64,000 nucleotides of DNA from Selaginella moellendorffii (GCF_000143415.4 NW_003314262.1:151710-215709), one strand, 5' to 3'. Positions 13,101 through 25,179 are shown, counted from the stretch's first letter. Program-made: numbers and translations. The notes: a model not told the origin generated them from the letters alone.

Positions 13101-14630
13101 TAGCTTGTCAGTGGATCAGTTAGCATTTAAAATAAATTGTTAGATAGAGAAAGTGAGTAGTTGAGACATTGGTATTGTTAACACTTCTATTAGTGAAAGT
13201 GGCATTGTCATGATGAATGATGAGGAGTTGTCTTTTGAGCTTGATTTTTTGTCATTTTCTTTATTAGTGTTTTGGCTCTATACTGAATCTTGAAGGTGAT
13301 TAATATAGATATCCAAAGATGTGGTCTTTATGATCAAATTTTAGGTATTTATTTGCATTTGTAGATGTTATTGTCGGATGTTAGTTATATGGGTATGATG
13401 TTTGATATTTAAGTATATTATTGGATCATGAGAGCTCTCAAGGAAATAAGGTACTAATATAAGTTTACCATAAAATGGATCACTATTGAAAATTTAGTTA
13501 AAGTTATTACAATATTACTTCTTACAAGTACACTAACTTCTCCATTAACCACTTTGGGGTTAATCATCATTTGTCCAAACAACTTCGGAAATATATTACT
13601 TAAAATCATATAATAAAGAAATCACAATGACTTGATCATCAATCAAGCAATACCATAAACAACACTTATGTCACTATTACAAATATTTATGTAAGTATTA
13701 GATGCCAACTTAATTTGATAAAAGGCAATACAAATGCCATATCCTATCGATAAAGATTTATAACACCTAACACTATTAACTTTTGTTCACAACAAAAACA
13801 AGCTTATGCCACTTTTTTCTGACTAAACTTAAAATTAATCCAATACCAAATTACTCAAGAAGTAATAGCAAAGTTCCTTGAAAAAGAATTGAACATTATA
13901 ATCCAAGCCTTCCAATAGCAAGCTTAAGAAAAATGGTTTAGCATCTCATTATTATCCATCCCACGACTCATTGTTTGTAAGAACATTACAATCAACATAT
14001 ATTAAAGTATGAAGTTTTGATTGCATGATGCAAATACGAATAATAAAATCACACCTTGTTGTAAACCATCTCTCCAAGAAGAAAAAATGATTTACTTGTT
14101 TGATCCTTTGTCCCTAATGACCCTTTTTTAGACTCAATTTCATCAAATTTTAAACTTGCATTCACATTGCCTTCAGTTCAATCCAAGAAAAGTTATGAGA
14201 GAGTACAATAATAACTACTTGAACCAATAGACTAATCCTTACAGTCTTGATTGATCCATTTATAATCATGCCTAGGTAGGATCCACTAGTGTCATGTTAA
14301 ATAGCTATAGACTAGTCTATTTGCCACTTATAACAAACTTAGAAGATGTTTAATTTTACTCACAATAAAACAATTTATAGTAAACACCAATAGACTAACA
14401 TTAATCCTGTCAACTCAAAGTGTAACCTGAAATTATTAATGTGCCTCACTCACGACCCCAAACGTAAACGGAATATTTCACATCCATCTTATGAGCCCAA
14501 GCGAAAACTCACATAATATGGTACAAAAAGGTAATCAAAATCTATACCTAAGGAACGAATATGGAATGATAGCACCCAAATATATACCCACTCGAATCAT
14601 TATTTTCATTTTTGTATGCTAAGACTCATC
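10200..14630. mobile_element. AT-rich, CpG-poor, heavily decayed probable retroelement sequence
   Basis: No long ORFs, strong strand skew, a decayed CCHC-like motif at 13315-13357(-), and an adjacent PBS/LTR-like end at 14631-14645. Confidence 0.4.
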
Positions 14631-16110
14631 CTTTGATACCAAATGTGATACATGTGGTTTTCACCCTTTACCTTATGGTGATTTACCATAGGATAACCAC
14701 AAAGCATAACTTAAACTCTTGGCCACGTGTCCAAGGGTAGTGAAGTGGAACTCAAGTTTCAAGATTTTGGGCCACTAAATGAAAGGATGGAGCTAAACTC
14801 CCAAGCATGCAGCCAGGGAGTAAAAGAATTAAAACATAGAGTGATTTTTGAGTGTTTAGCCCAAGTGAAAGGATAGGATTATAGAGTAATATAAGAATAA
14901 TCCTAGAACATTTAGCATCATAATGCCAAAACCAACATGCAAAATGGAGCCAAATGGAGTCTATTGTTATTTTAATATACTGGTGGCTTAATGCAAGGAT
15001 ATGGGTATTCCATTAGTTAGTATAGTATAGAGCTTGGGTCTAAACCCAAACCAAACGTAGAACAAAGACAGACACACAAGTAGGAGCTAAACTATGCTTT
15101 ACGTTGGTTAGCTATACCTTATCTACCCACTATTTCTACTATACATTTAGAACCCCCCCCCTGCTCTCTTGAGGAATGCATGCTTTGGGCTTTCATCTCA
15201 ATCCCAAGAGTTATGTAGGCAACTAAACAACTAAAGGGAACGACTTAAGAGATAATCCATAAAGATTCAAATATAGAGGGAAATGGTTATGAACAAGAGT
15301 GCATCCTATTTTTCAATTAAGGGTTTTAGGATATTTAGTGCTAAGTGTCATTAGGTTTGAATAATACTAAGCTAAATGACTTTTTGGGAAGTTCAATTTA
15401 AGAGCTTCCATTTGGTATCAAAGATGTTTCAAGTTCTACTTTATTGATTGGTTAGGGAATCACACCATATGTTAAGATTGATATCTAGTAGGTCTAATTT
15501 ACCTTTGGCTAACCTCGTCCCAAGAGTTAGAGTGTCAAGAAAACGAGATTCTCAAGAGAGTTGTACCTCTTAACTTCGATTCACGAGGGCATGAACTTGC
15601 AAAGAAGTGTGGTGGATTATAAGTAATCAAAGGGAATGACTCAAAAGATGATTTATAAGAGTTCAAAGATAAAAGAAAAAAGGCCCATAAACAAGAGTAC
15701 AACCCCTTTTTCAATCAGTTAAAAGTTTTAAGATACTTTGGGTTAAACATTATTGGGTTTGAATAGTACTAGGCTAAGTAATCCTAGGAAGTCCAATTCA
15801 AGAGTTTACAAGCTAGTCTTTAGAACAATCGCAAAATTTATTAAATATGAAATGACACTAGATTGCGAATTTAAATGTGGGAACAACACCATCATGTTCA
15901 TAACAATCTCTACACTCCATAGATATGCCCAACTAGTAAATCTAAACACTTTCTATAAATAACCAATAGGACCAAACAAGACTAGCATATGGGAAATGAT
16001 AGCGAGAGTGTCTTGGCAAATAGAGTAAATTATTATTTAATGAGTATTAAGGGATTGAGGGATTCAACTCAATATTATAAGGGTTCCCAACACTAACAAG
16101 TGCAAACCAA
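14631..16110 (-). mobile_element. LTR-like repeat ending in CA and followed by a tRNA-iMet-type primer binding site
   Basis: Minus strand reads ...TCACA TT TGGTATCAAAG (14641-14631). 14644-15150 and 15950-16105 align in reverse to 25180-25803. Confidence 0.55.
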
Positions 16111-18495
16111 TATATAAGTGTAAATAACTAATATTTCTATTCTACTTTAGTTACTTAACCACACCTTCGACCACTTGAAAGAGTCTCACTCACAACCTTC
16201 ATAAGTCTTATTCCTAACTTAGGGACTTTATAGCCTCATGAATGACCTCTATGCCACTTTGTTTTCACACTTAGTCTAAGTGCTCCATATGTCCAATCCT
16301 AATATAAACATCAAAAAATACTATTAACATATCAACTTATTATGTTAATGCCATATCCATTCACCTTTGTTTAATTAGTAGTCCAAAACCACCCATACCA
16401 TAAACCAATCTCCCATGGACTAGGCCATCTATCCATGAGTGGTCATCCCTTGACCACACTTTAGCACTTTTAAAATGTCCAGAGATATGAGGAACACTCT
16501 TCTCTAATATTCTTTCTTTTGCCCCATAAAGTTTTACTTTGGTCATGGTAGTGCTTGCCAACATTGCCATTGAGTCAAGGTTTGAAGGCTTGACCACTAA
16601 GTCCCATTGACCTCTAGGACTTCCTCATCACGTGACTATGTTTTTGGTCATTATGCAAAAGGATTATTTTTCTTCTTTTCCACAATCTAGAACTTTAGAA
16701 TGACATTTCAAAACATTGTAGCTCTACACGAACTTTATAGATACTCTCCCCATTTTCCACCCTTAAGTGCCCTAGCTATATGGTTAAAACGAAGTTTCGT
16801 TGAGCCATACCAGGTATCCAAGTAGATAGTGCCATCCACATTTAGATTGGGAGCATCAACCATTTGATCTCCCAGAAGTGTTAAAAATGGCTCTTGAACA
16901 CTGTGAGACACAAATCCCTAAGCCCCAAAGTGGAGCCAAAAGGGTGCCACGTGGTAGTGGCTGAAGTGGAAGCCAAACGAGCGTAACACATTTAGACTAA
17001 AAGCTCCGTCTTGAGGAGTCCAAGATGGAGTTCAAGATGGAGTTCGAGATGGAGTTCGAGATGGACCAAGATGGAGTTCGAGATGGGATCCGAGATGGAT
17101 CCGAGATGGACTGAGATGGAGTCCGAGATGGAGCCCGAGATGGATCTGAGATGGAGTCCGAGATGGACCCAAGATGGAGTTTGAGATGGACCGAGATGGA
17201 GTCCGAGATGGACCCAAGATGGAGTCCGAGATGGAGTCTGAGATGGACCCGAGATGGAGTCCGAGATGGACCCAAGAAAGTCTGAGATGGACCAAGATGG
17301 AGTCCGAGATGGACCCGAGATGGAATCCGAGATGGAGTCCGAGAAGGACCTGAGATAGAGTCTGAAGTCGAGACTGAGACCGAGATTGAGACTGAGACCG
17401 AGACCGGGACCGAGACCGAGACCGAGACTAAGGCTGAGGCCGAGATTGAGCCCAAGCTCGAGTCCGAGTCTGAGTCCAAGTCCAAGTTCGAGTTTGAGAG
17501 GGTGAAAGCCCAAAGCATTTGTCTCCCAGACCTTGGGGGCTTTGGTGAGTTCCAAAAGTATAGTAGGGGGAGGACTCCAGTGGGGCCAGTTTGGCCAGGA
17601 AAGGTCAGTTTGGCCTAGGAAGGTTGTACCCAAATGTTGGGTGATGGGATAACCACTAAGAGGTCCAAGGCTAGAATGAATACAGACTGTCAAGTGGGGT
17701 AGCTTGGTGAAGTGTTCAAGAGCCAACTTTAGTTCCCTTGGGAGATCAAATGGTCAATGCTCCCAGTCCAAGTGTGGGTGGCATTACCTACTTGGATACC
17801 TGGCATGGCTCAACAGAACCTCTCTCTAAGCCCATAGTTAGAGCACCAAAAGGTGGAAGGTGGGGAGAGTACCTATGAGGCTTGCATAAAGCCACGGTGT
17901 TCCAAAATGTTATTCAAAAGTCCTAGACTATGGAAAGGAAGAGGAGTGGTCCTTTGGTGTAGTGACCAATGATACAGTCATGTGGTGAAGAAGTCCTAGA
18001 AGACAGTGGGACTTAGTGGTTGGGCCTATGGGCCCTGTCCCAGTGGTAGTATTGGCGAATACAGCCATGGGCAGAAAAGGGTCTTGGTGGGGACTATAAA
18101 TGGATATTAGGGAAGGTTATTCCCCATGTCTATGGGCATTTTAAAGATGCTAAGGAGTGGATCTTGGACGTTCACTCCTGGACAGATAGCCCAGTCCTTG
18201 AGAGACGAGACAGTGATGCAGGTGGTGTTGGACCACTGGTGTGACCAAGGTGAAGGGGCATGGCCTTAACATAATAAGTTAGTATGTCAATGGTACCTTG
18301 GGGTGTCGGTCTTGGGACCGGGCACGTAGAGCACTTCAACTAAGTGCAAGGGATGAGTGGCATGGATGCCATTCTTAGGGCTAGCAAGTCCTAAATCCTG
18401 AATTGAACTTAAGGAGGTTGTGAATGAGACTCCTCTAAGTGGTTGGAGGTGTGGTTAAGTGACTAAAGTAGAATGGAAAAATTAGTCACTTACAA
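16110..18495. repeat. Foldback structure: diverged ~0.8-kb inverted arms (16110-16902 and 17711-18495) around a minisatellite
   Basis: For example, tgagccataccaggtatccaagtagatagtgccatccaca (16801) matches the reverse complement of 17773-17811, and ttctactttagttacttaaccacacc (16140) matches 18447-18473. Confidence 0.85.
17014..17500 (+). repeat. Compound tandem array: 10-12 bp GAGATGGA(GT)CC units followed by CCGAGA/CTGAGA/CCGAGT hexamers
   Basis: Directly visible: roughly 28 AGATGG-core units in 17020-17360 and about 20 hexamers in 17369-17500. Confidence 0.95.
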
Positions 18496-18959
18496 ACACT
18501 TGTTAGGCCTAAGTTGACATATTACCATTCCACCTACATCAGAGGTGGCAACAATTGGGGCCAAATCATCATTAGTGATGCTTAACCAAGGAGAGGGTAC
18601 AACAGCCATATGATTACTCAGATATACAATTATTCCACTTTAGGAGGATAACTAAAATATGGGTATTGACTCAAGATGGTACTAACTATTGGATAGAAAG
18701 GGGCTTATGGAACACTAGTAAACCCAGGCTCATGCATTGCCTCAAAGGACCAATAAGTAGGAGGAACATACCATGCCTATACCCATTCTAGCCATTTTGA
18801 TTTTGGGGTGGTGATTGCATCTCAATTGGTGACTACTCCTTTGATGACCTGATAGGTTACACTTGTTAGGCCTAGTACTCCCTTGCCACTATACCACCCT
18901 TTGCACCATCACATTTGAACTGATGAGGTTGAGCTAAGATTTAAGTGATAATTTATATT

Positions 18960-19255
18960 TACAATTATTAATGTATTTTGTAAAATATATATGAATAATT
19001 TGTTATGTGTTATATGTAGCAATGTTTGTTTAGTATTAATTTATGAATCCAATTGATCAATCAGAAGTTGATAATTATAAACATGTTTATCATGTATAAG
19101 CACAAAATTAATCTTATTCCATACCAACTAGTAGATGGTAGAATAAACTAGAATATACTAGAAAGTATTTAAGAAAGTTTCTAAATTATTAAAATCTAAA
19201 ACTATCAAAGAATATTGTAAGTATATCCACTACCCCTTATAGGTTTTGCTTACCT
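18960..19255. repeat. Dispersed AT-rich repeat, inverted homolog of 27810-28150
   Basis: ggtagtggatatactta and actttctagtatattct...attctaccatct...aataagattaat are shared in reverse complement. Confidence 0.7.
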
Positions 19256-20235
19256 TTGTCATGACATTGGTGTTACCATTTGCACATATTTTCTCTAGGG
19301 CCATATTACCTTGGACTCCATTTATATGAGGTTTGTTTAGCTTTACAAGACTGTCGTCTGTGGTTGGGTCACGAGGAGAATGACACAAACCACACAAATA
19401 TTTTAAGGATATTCCTGTGGGTAATGTCTTAAGGGTTTGGAAGGTTCACTCCTGGTATTATTTGAAAAAGTAGGTATCTTTAGGTTTTGTGGAGAAGATG
19501 AGTTGACACCAAGAAACCACTATTGTCTAAGGACTCAGTGTTAATTGTTACTATAGCTATCTAAAAGTTCATCCACCTTGGCACTAGTTTTAATAGCAAT
19601 GCTGATATTACTCATCACACCACCCATTTACTTTTGCTTTTTATTTCCCACCAAAGTTTTTTTGTATTTTGTCTCTCATAATTGATATAATGAACTCTCA
19701 TGATCAAAAGTCACAACTATAGGATTATTGTTAATCCCCCACTAATTAATCACATTTAGTCTAAAATAAAAAGAAACTTGACTTTGTCTCATTCATAAGC
19801 ACAACATAATGTCCACCTTCAACATAAGAGTCTACCTTCAAAAACTCTTGCCACTCATTGGGGGACCCTGTGGGGTTGAAAGTCACTATAACCTCTTCTA
19901 CTGTGCTTTCCCAGATTGGGGTCCATGGCTAAGCCGTATAAATGGTCTGATAGAATTCTTGAGTGAGCTATTACATCCCTTGTTGGTCCTCAATGGTGTT
20001 CTTGTCTTTATGTTTCAATCCCAGGACAGAAAGAGAATTAATAACTAACCTAATGCCTTTGTAGAAGAGGTTTGTTCAGTATCCATCTTCCATGGTCCAA
20101 ACTCCAGCACTCCAAGCAGGGAACTCCAAGTCCCATAGTTCGGCTTCCCACTTGTCTAACAGTAACTGCCACTTGTCCAAGTCCTAAGTTCATAGCAACA
20201 TCCTGTGGGCTGCTGTCTGGGCGCTGCTACCTGCT

Positions 20236-20842
20236 GTCTTCAAAACATTTGAGATTCCATAATCCAGAGCATATTTGTGAGAATTTTCAGTGGCAGACTT
20301 GATCCAGTTGTGTCATAAAACAATAAAACTCCATCAGAACTCAAGTTGAGAACTGCTGGAAAATGTAAAGACCTGTCAATCTGGCACTGTATGTTGACTT
20401 GGTCCCCGATTTCATCTCTATGGCACGTTCGCAAAGTGGATATGCTATGTGCCAGTATCTTTGAGGAATTTGAAGCTTCTTGTTATTGTTCCTCAGGAAA
20501 ACTCTGCCATGAAAACTCCTTGTCCTCCCAACGAACCACCAAGTTGCCAGTCTCCAGAAGGAAAGAACCTTTAGAGCAACAGCCCCAATTTGATTTGTTT
20601 GCCACACAATCACACTTGCATCATCAGTGACAATGAGTCCGTTCTCACCCCTGAGCTGAAGCTGTGCGTTCCCACTGATATGAATAAATTCTCCGTTTTT
20701 ATTTTGCTCCGTTGCCACAGTTTGTTCTGGTACCATATTGCTAGATTGAAAGTCTTTGAGCCTGTCAATGTTGACAGCAAAGCGCCTCCAGCTGAGATGC
20801 AGGCCATCTCTATTGCAGTAGCTCAAGAACAACTTTTGTCAT
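20236..20842 (-). pseudogene. Second copy of the 5'-half S-domain RLK pseudogene
   Basis: Mirror of 8382-8988; one substitution visible in the 163-aa ORF (MKLG vs MKSG). Confidence 0.88.
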
Positions 20843-20890
20843 TACCTGGGAATCACGTATTGAGGAAATTTAAAGGCTCGTGCACCAACT

Positions 20891-21037
20891 CGTCAGTCCA
20901 GGTCAACGTCAGAGTCAGAGTCAAGCATGCAGTCAGCGAGAAACATTCAAAGTTGTGGCCATGGAAGACCAGTATAGTACGAAAGATACTGAAGTAAAAC
21001 ACAACAAGTGGCTACAAGACACTCCCAACTATAAAAA
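20891..21037 (+). promoter_or_regulatory. Promoter of the 836-aa SD-RLK: W-boxes and TATA box
   Basis: GGTCAA at 20901, AGTCAA at 20919, extra GTCA cores, and TATAAAA at 21030, 63 bp before the ATG. Confidence 0.6.
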
Positions 21038-21092
21038 AGATGTAAGCATCACTTGGTATACTACACCTTATAGTTCATTTAGAAAATAACAG

Positions 21093-23603
21093 ATGCTCTT
21101 AATGTTTCTCGCTTTTAGAATTCTCCTGTTCTGTTGCTTGTGCTATGTCATTTTAACTTCGGTGGCAGCTGATGGTGGAAGTCCAGGCACAACCATAATT
21201 GTGAGAGGCGAAGACCCTCAGACATGGATTACGTCTCCCAACGCTACCTTTTCTGCAGGATTCGGCCATCTCAATCCCACATCTCCCCTCTATAGTTTCT
21301 CGATATGGTACACCAAAATGCCCAACACAGTCGTCTGGAGCGCAATGTCCAATGACACGGGAGGTTTTCCAATCGGGCTTATCAAAGGCGACCAGCTCGT
21401 TTTCCAGACCGATGGTCGATTAGTTCTCACCTCCAACGCTGCTGGAATTATCTGGGGAACTTCTACGTCAACTCTCGCAGTTACAAAAGCTTTGCTTCAG
21501 GAGAATGGCAACTTACAGCTTCTAACGAGCAACGGAGTGCCTGTTTGGCAGTCATTTGAGCGCCCCACGGACACCCTTCTTCCTTATCAGCAGCTCATTG
21601 GAAACACCCGGCTTGTCTCCAGTAACCGAAAATATGACCTTCGAATGGATGTGAGTAGAGTTGCGCTCTACTCCCAGGGATATTGGCTTGAACCATACTG
21701 GAAGATCGCGAATGACAATCATTCCGATTCTGCGGTCAGTCCTCCTCGTCTCAACTTCAGCACTAGCGGGATGCTTTCTTTCTTTGATGGGAACGGCAGC
21801 TCCTGGAAAAATCCTGACAAAGTATATGACACGGCACAGAGGTATGCGCTTGATTATCCTGAAATTGGTCTAACCCGAAGGCTGACCCTGGACGATGATG
21901 GCAACTTGAGAATCTACACTCTTGATGAGATCAAGAACAGATGGCTCATAACTTGGCAAGCTGTTCTTCTCGAGTGTGACATCTTTGGGAAATGCGGGCG
22001 CTTTGGGATTTGCACATACCGGCCGACTGCAACTTGCATCTGTCCTCCGGGATTTCACCCCACAAATGCTTCCGATCCGTCACAGGATTGTGTTTACAAT
22101 ACTCCGTTGACCAAGTGTCCAACAGGCCAAAACTCAACAGATCCAAGAAACTTCAAGATGATCCAACTTGTACGCACGGACTTCCAATACAATGACTACA
22201 ATAGCCACCCGCTGCCAAATCCGTCATCCCAGGAGGATTGTATCCAAAGATGCCTCAGGGAGTGCGAGTGTCTCGGAGCTGCTTTCCAGATGGGTGGCGC
22301 TGGAATATGCTGGCTCAAGGGCTTAGATCCCTCGGGTCTGTTCAATGGCAAGCAGTCTGTGGACGTGGACAACGTTTTCTTCTTGAAAGTTTCTGCCAAA
22401 GATCCAGGACAAAGTCCGGATGCAAACGTATACGTGACAAACGCAAATGCCACCGTCGTTCCTGGTTTCCAGTGGCTGGTGCTCCATCGGCCATTTTTCA
22501 GAGATGGTCCTCGCATTGCGCTCTTCATCACAACACTTGTGTTGATGGTTTTCCTCTTGGTTACTTGTTTTATGGGGCTCTGCTGGATCATAAGCGCTAG
22601 AGCACGTAACAACATGATGGATCTCGATTTTGGCAGTGGGCCTGCAATATTCACGTATCAGCAGCTGCAAAATTTCACAGACAACTTTTATGACAGGCTT
22701 GGATCGGGAGGATTTGGGACAGTCTACAAGGGGCGGCTTCCAAATGGCACTCTTGTTGCAGTCAAGGAGCTGGAAATGGCCATGCAAGCCGATAAACAGT
22801 TCCAAGCCGAGGTGAAGACCCTCGGCAAGATTCACCACATCAACCTCGTCCGCTTGCTGGGGTATTGCTACGAGGACAATCGAAAGCTCCTGGTTTATGA
22901 GTACATGCCTAATAGTTCACTGGAGAAGCTACTTTTTTTGAATGATACAGAGCACTTTTGCGGCTGGGCCAGCCGATTCAACATTGCTTTGGGGATTGCA
23001 AGAGGGATAACATATCTTCATGACGAATGTCAGGAATGCATTCTCCACTGCGACATAAAGCCTCAAAACATCCTGCTTGATGAGAGCTTTATTCCAAAGG
23101 TAGCGGATTTTGGTTTAGCCAAGCTGATGAAACGGGAGAGGGCATTGAGTGTGACAACTGTGCGTGGGACCAGGGGATATCTTGCACCTGAATGGATCAG
23201 CGACCTTCCAATCACAACCAAGGCGGATGTCTACAGCTTTGGAATGGTGTTGCTCGAGATTATAAGCGGCAGGGAGAAGTACCTCATGACAATATCTGCC
23301 ATAAACTCAGAAAACAACCGCTGGTGTCTCTCGGACTGGGCTTACAACATGTATCAAGCAGGAGATCTGGAAAGTATCGTTGACAAGAAGCTAGTGAGGG
23401 AGGAAGTGGATTTGGTGCAGTTCAAGAGGCTGCTCAAAGTTGCATTATGGTGCATTCAGCATGATGCAAATGCAAGGCCATCAATGGGGAAAGTGGTGCA
23501 AATGATGGAAGATACTGTACAAGTTCCTGAACCATTGTCTCCAAATTTATCCTCCGAAATAGCTTTGGATCCTTCTGTTGGTTCTCTGACAAATGGACGA
23601 TAA
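21093..23603 (+). CDS. G-type lectin S-domain receptor-like Ser/Thr kinase (SD-2-like, non-RD), 836 aa, intronless
   Basis: Signal peptide; B-lectin (LQENGNLQL, WQSFERPTDTLLP); EGF-like (CDIFGKCGRFGIC...CICPPGF); PAN (CIQRCLRECECLGA); TM; kinase motifs GSGGFG, AVK, HCDIKPQN, DFG, GTRGYLAPEW. Confidence 0.96.
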   Translation: MLLMFLAFRILLFCCLCYVILTSVAADGGSPGTTIIVRGEDPQTWITSPNATFSAGFGHLNPTSPLYSFSIWYTKMPNTVVWSAMSNDTGGFPIGLIKGDQLVFQTDGRLVLTSNAAGIIWGTSTSTLAVTKALLQENGNLQLLTSNGVPVWQSFERPTDTLLPYQQLIGNTRLVSSNRKYDLRMDVSRVALYSQGYWLEPYWKIANDNHSDSAVSPPRLNFSTSGMLSFFDGNGSSWKNPDKVYDTAQRYALDYPEIGLTRRLTLDDDGNLRIYTLDEIKNRWLITWQAVLLECDIFGKCGRFGICTYRPTATCICPPGFHPTNASDPSQDCVYNTPLTKCPTGQNSTDPRNFKMIQLVRTDFQYNDYNSHPLPNPSSQEDCIQRCLRECECLGAAFQMGGAGICWLKGLDPSGLFNGKQSVDVDNVFFLKVSAKDPGQSPDANVYVTNANATVVPGFQWLVLHRPFFRDGPRIALFITTLVLMVFLLVTCFMGLCWIISARARNNMMDLDFGSGPAIFTYQQLQNFTDNFYDRLGSGGFGTVYKGRLPNGTLVAVKELEMAMQADKQFQAEVKTLGKIHHINLVRLLGYCYEDNRKLLVYEYMPNSSLEKLLFLNDTEHFCGWASRFNIALGIARGITYLHDECQECILHCDIKPQNILLDESFIPKVADFGLAKLMKRERALSVTTVRGTRGYLAPEWISDLPITTKADVYSFGMVLLEIISGREKYLMTISAINSENNRWCLSDWAYNMYQAGDLESIVDKKLVREEVDLVQFKRLLKVALWCIQHDANARPSMGKVVQMMEDTVQVPEPLSPNLSSEIALDPSVGSLTNGR

Positions 23604-24099
23604 TAGACGTGGTATCATTATTAGTTCTTTATCTTTTTTGAAATGGTAAACCTCTATTCTACTATTATTTGTTTTGGAAAATTATGATTGCTATATGCAT
23701 TGGGCCAAAGTAGACTAAAAAATGCCAACCCTGTTTATTCTAAGAAATCAATTCAGTCCATCTATTAGGGTGCCAAAGAACATGACTTAGGAATTCCCCC
23801 TGATTTCAATAGATCTTGCATGTCTATCGATAGAGAGTTCCACCGACCAAGCAGTAATCTCGAGCCTTGATCGCCGTGCTTTGCTGGTCCAGGGAGAAAT
23901 TGTCAGGAGCACAACCAGCCTCCAAGTACTTGGCAACTTCACCTTGCCCCAGTGATGTGTGCTCCAAATCGAGGAAATCCTTTTGAGATCTTTGTCATTG
24001 TTGGCAAGGAGGCTTTGGCATTTGTATGTGTCAACGTGAATCACCAGCACACATTGGAGTGTTTTCGTCATATACTCTCTGGAGCCCATATCCTTTTTC

Positions 24100-24199
24100 N
24101 NNNNNNNNNNNNNNNNNNNNNNNNNNNNNNNNNNNNNNNNNNNNNNNNNNNNNNNNNNNNNNNNNNNNNNNNNNNNNNNNNNNNNNNNNNNNNNNNNNN
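24100..24199. other. Assembly gap (100 N)
   Basis: Run of n. Confidence 1.
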
Positions 24200-24830
24200 C
24201 CATTATATTACTTCATGACAAATGCAAATGCAACACTAAGTAAAATTTTCACTAATCATCATAAAGAAAGTTACCTTTCTATGCACCTCACTCAGTTGTA
24301 ATAGCCATTGCCACTACAGAATTAGTGTCTTTTGCTGCTATTGTAGCTGCCATGTTCTCGATGTGGAAGCACAAAACTTGAAAGGAATGGGAGGCTTTAA
24401 TGGAAGAGATTGAGGGTTGTACAAGCAGCTCCAAGAGGCCACCAATAACTTTGAGGAGATGCTAGAACCATCTACAGAAGGTGAAATACCTAAAAAAGAT
24501 GGTATTATGGTGGTCAAGGTGATCAAAGCTACTACTCATGTAGTGAAGCAGTTCAAGGCAGAGGTACATGAATACTATTGGAAAGGTACATCATGTGTAT
24601 CTTCTTGGCTACAGTTTAGAGGGTGATCACAGGCTCCTTGTTTATGAGTTCATGTCAAATGGTCCTAGACAATCACCTCCCCAATTCCTTTGAGCTCATT
24701 CTACAAGTGGCAAACTTGGTTTTTGATAGCACTTGGGATAGCAAAAGGTATGGCTTATTTACATGACAAGTGTCACACAATGCAACAACAAGCCACAAAA
24801 CATTTTTTTGGGCAGCTATTATCCCAGGAG
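24200..24830 (+). pseudogene. 3' half (juxtamembrane/TM/kinase) of an S-domain RLK pseudogene, paralog of 35796-38237
   Basis: YFMTNANATLSKIFTNHHKESYLSMHL, YKQLQEATNNFEE, GEIPKKDGIMVVKVIK and WQTWFLIALGIAKGMAYLH match the 813-aa RLK; frameshifts and deletions. Confidence 0.9.
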
Positions 24831-25179
24831 TTGTATGCTTGTAGAAGAATCTTTGGCATGTTAGATCTTCTCATATTATTGATGCTAATGAGGCAAGTGA
24901 TACACTGCTATTAGAAGCTATTGAAAAACAATTGTTAATAATAGTATTATCAAAAGCTTTTGGGATGATTGTGTCAAAAATTATTTATCAACAAGTCCTT
25001 TTGGATATTCTTCTTTAATTGCCATGACAATAAGAGATTGGTATTGTTACTTCCATTTGTAATCCCTTTTGTTTAAATGTTAGTAAATTATATTTAGCAT
25101 TTATACTTTGCCAAATGAGTATTAAGTGTTTATTTAGCTAAACACACTTGGTTTAGTTTGTTAATTTTCTTTTGTTCTA

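Larger units (their letters stand above)
19713..24099. repeat. Right arm of the ~4.4-kb inverted duplication, truncated by the assembly gap
   Basis: Reverse complement of 5141-9505. Confidence 0.97.

Noticed and set aside
17014-17500. Repeat array as a CRISPR array, or its His/Leu/Ser-rich ORFs (16992..17726 etc.) as genes
   Set aside because: Units are 6-12 bp with no unique spacers and no cas genes; the ORFs are open in all three minus-strand frames simply because the repeat lacks stops.
23787-24301. ORFs containing X runs
   Set aside because: Artefacts of translating across the N gap.
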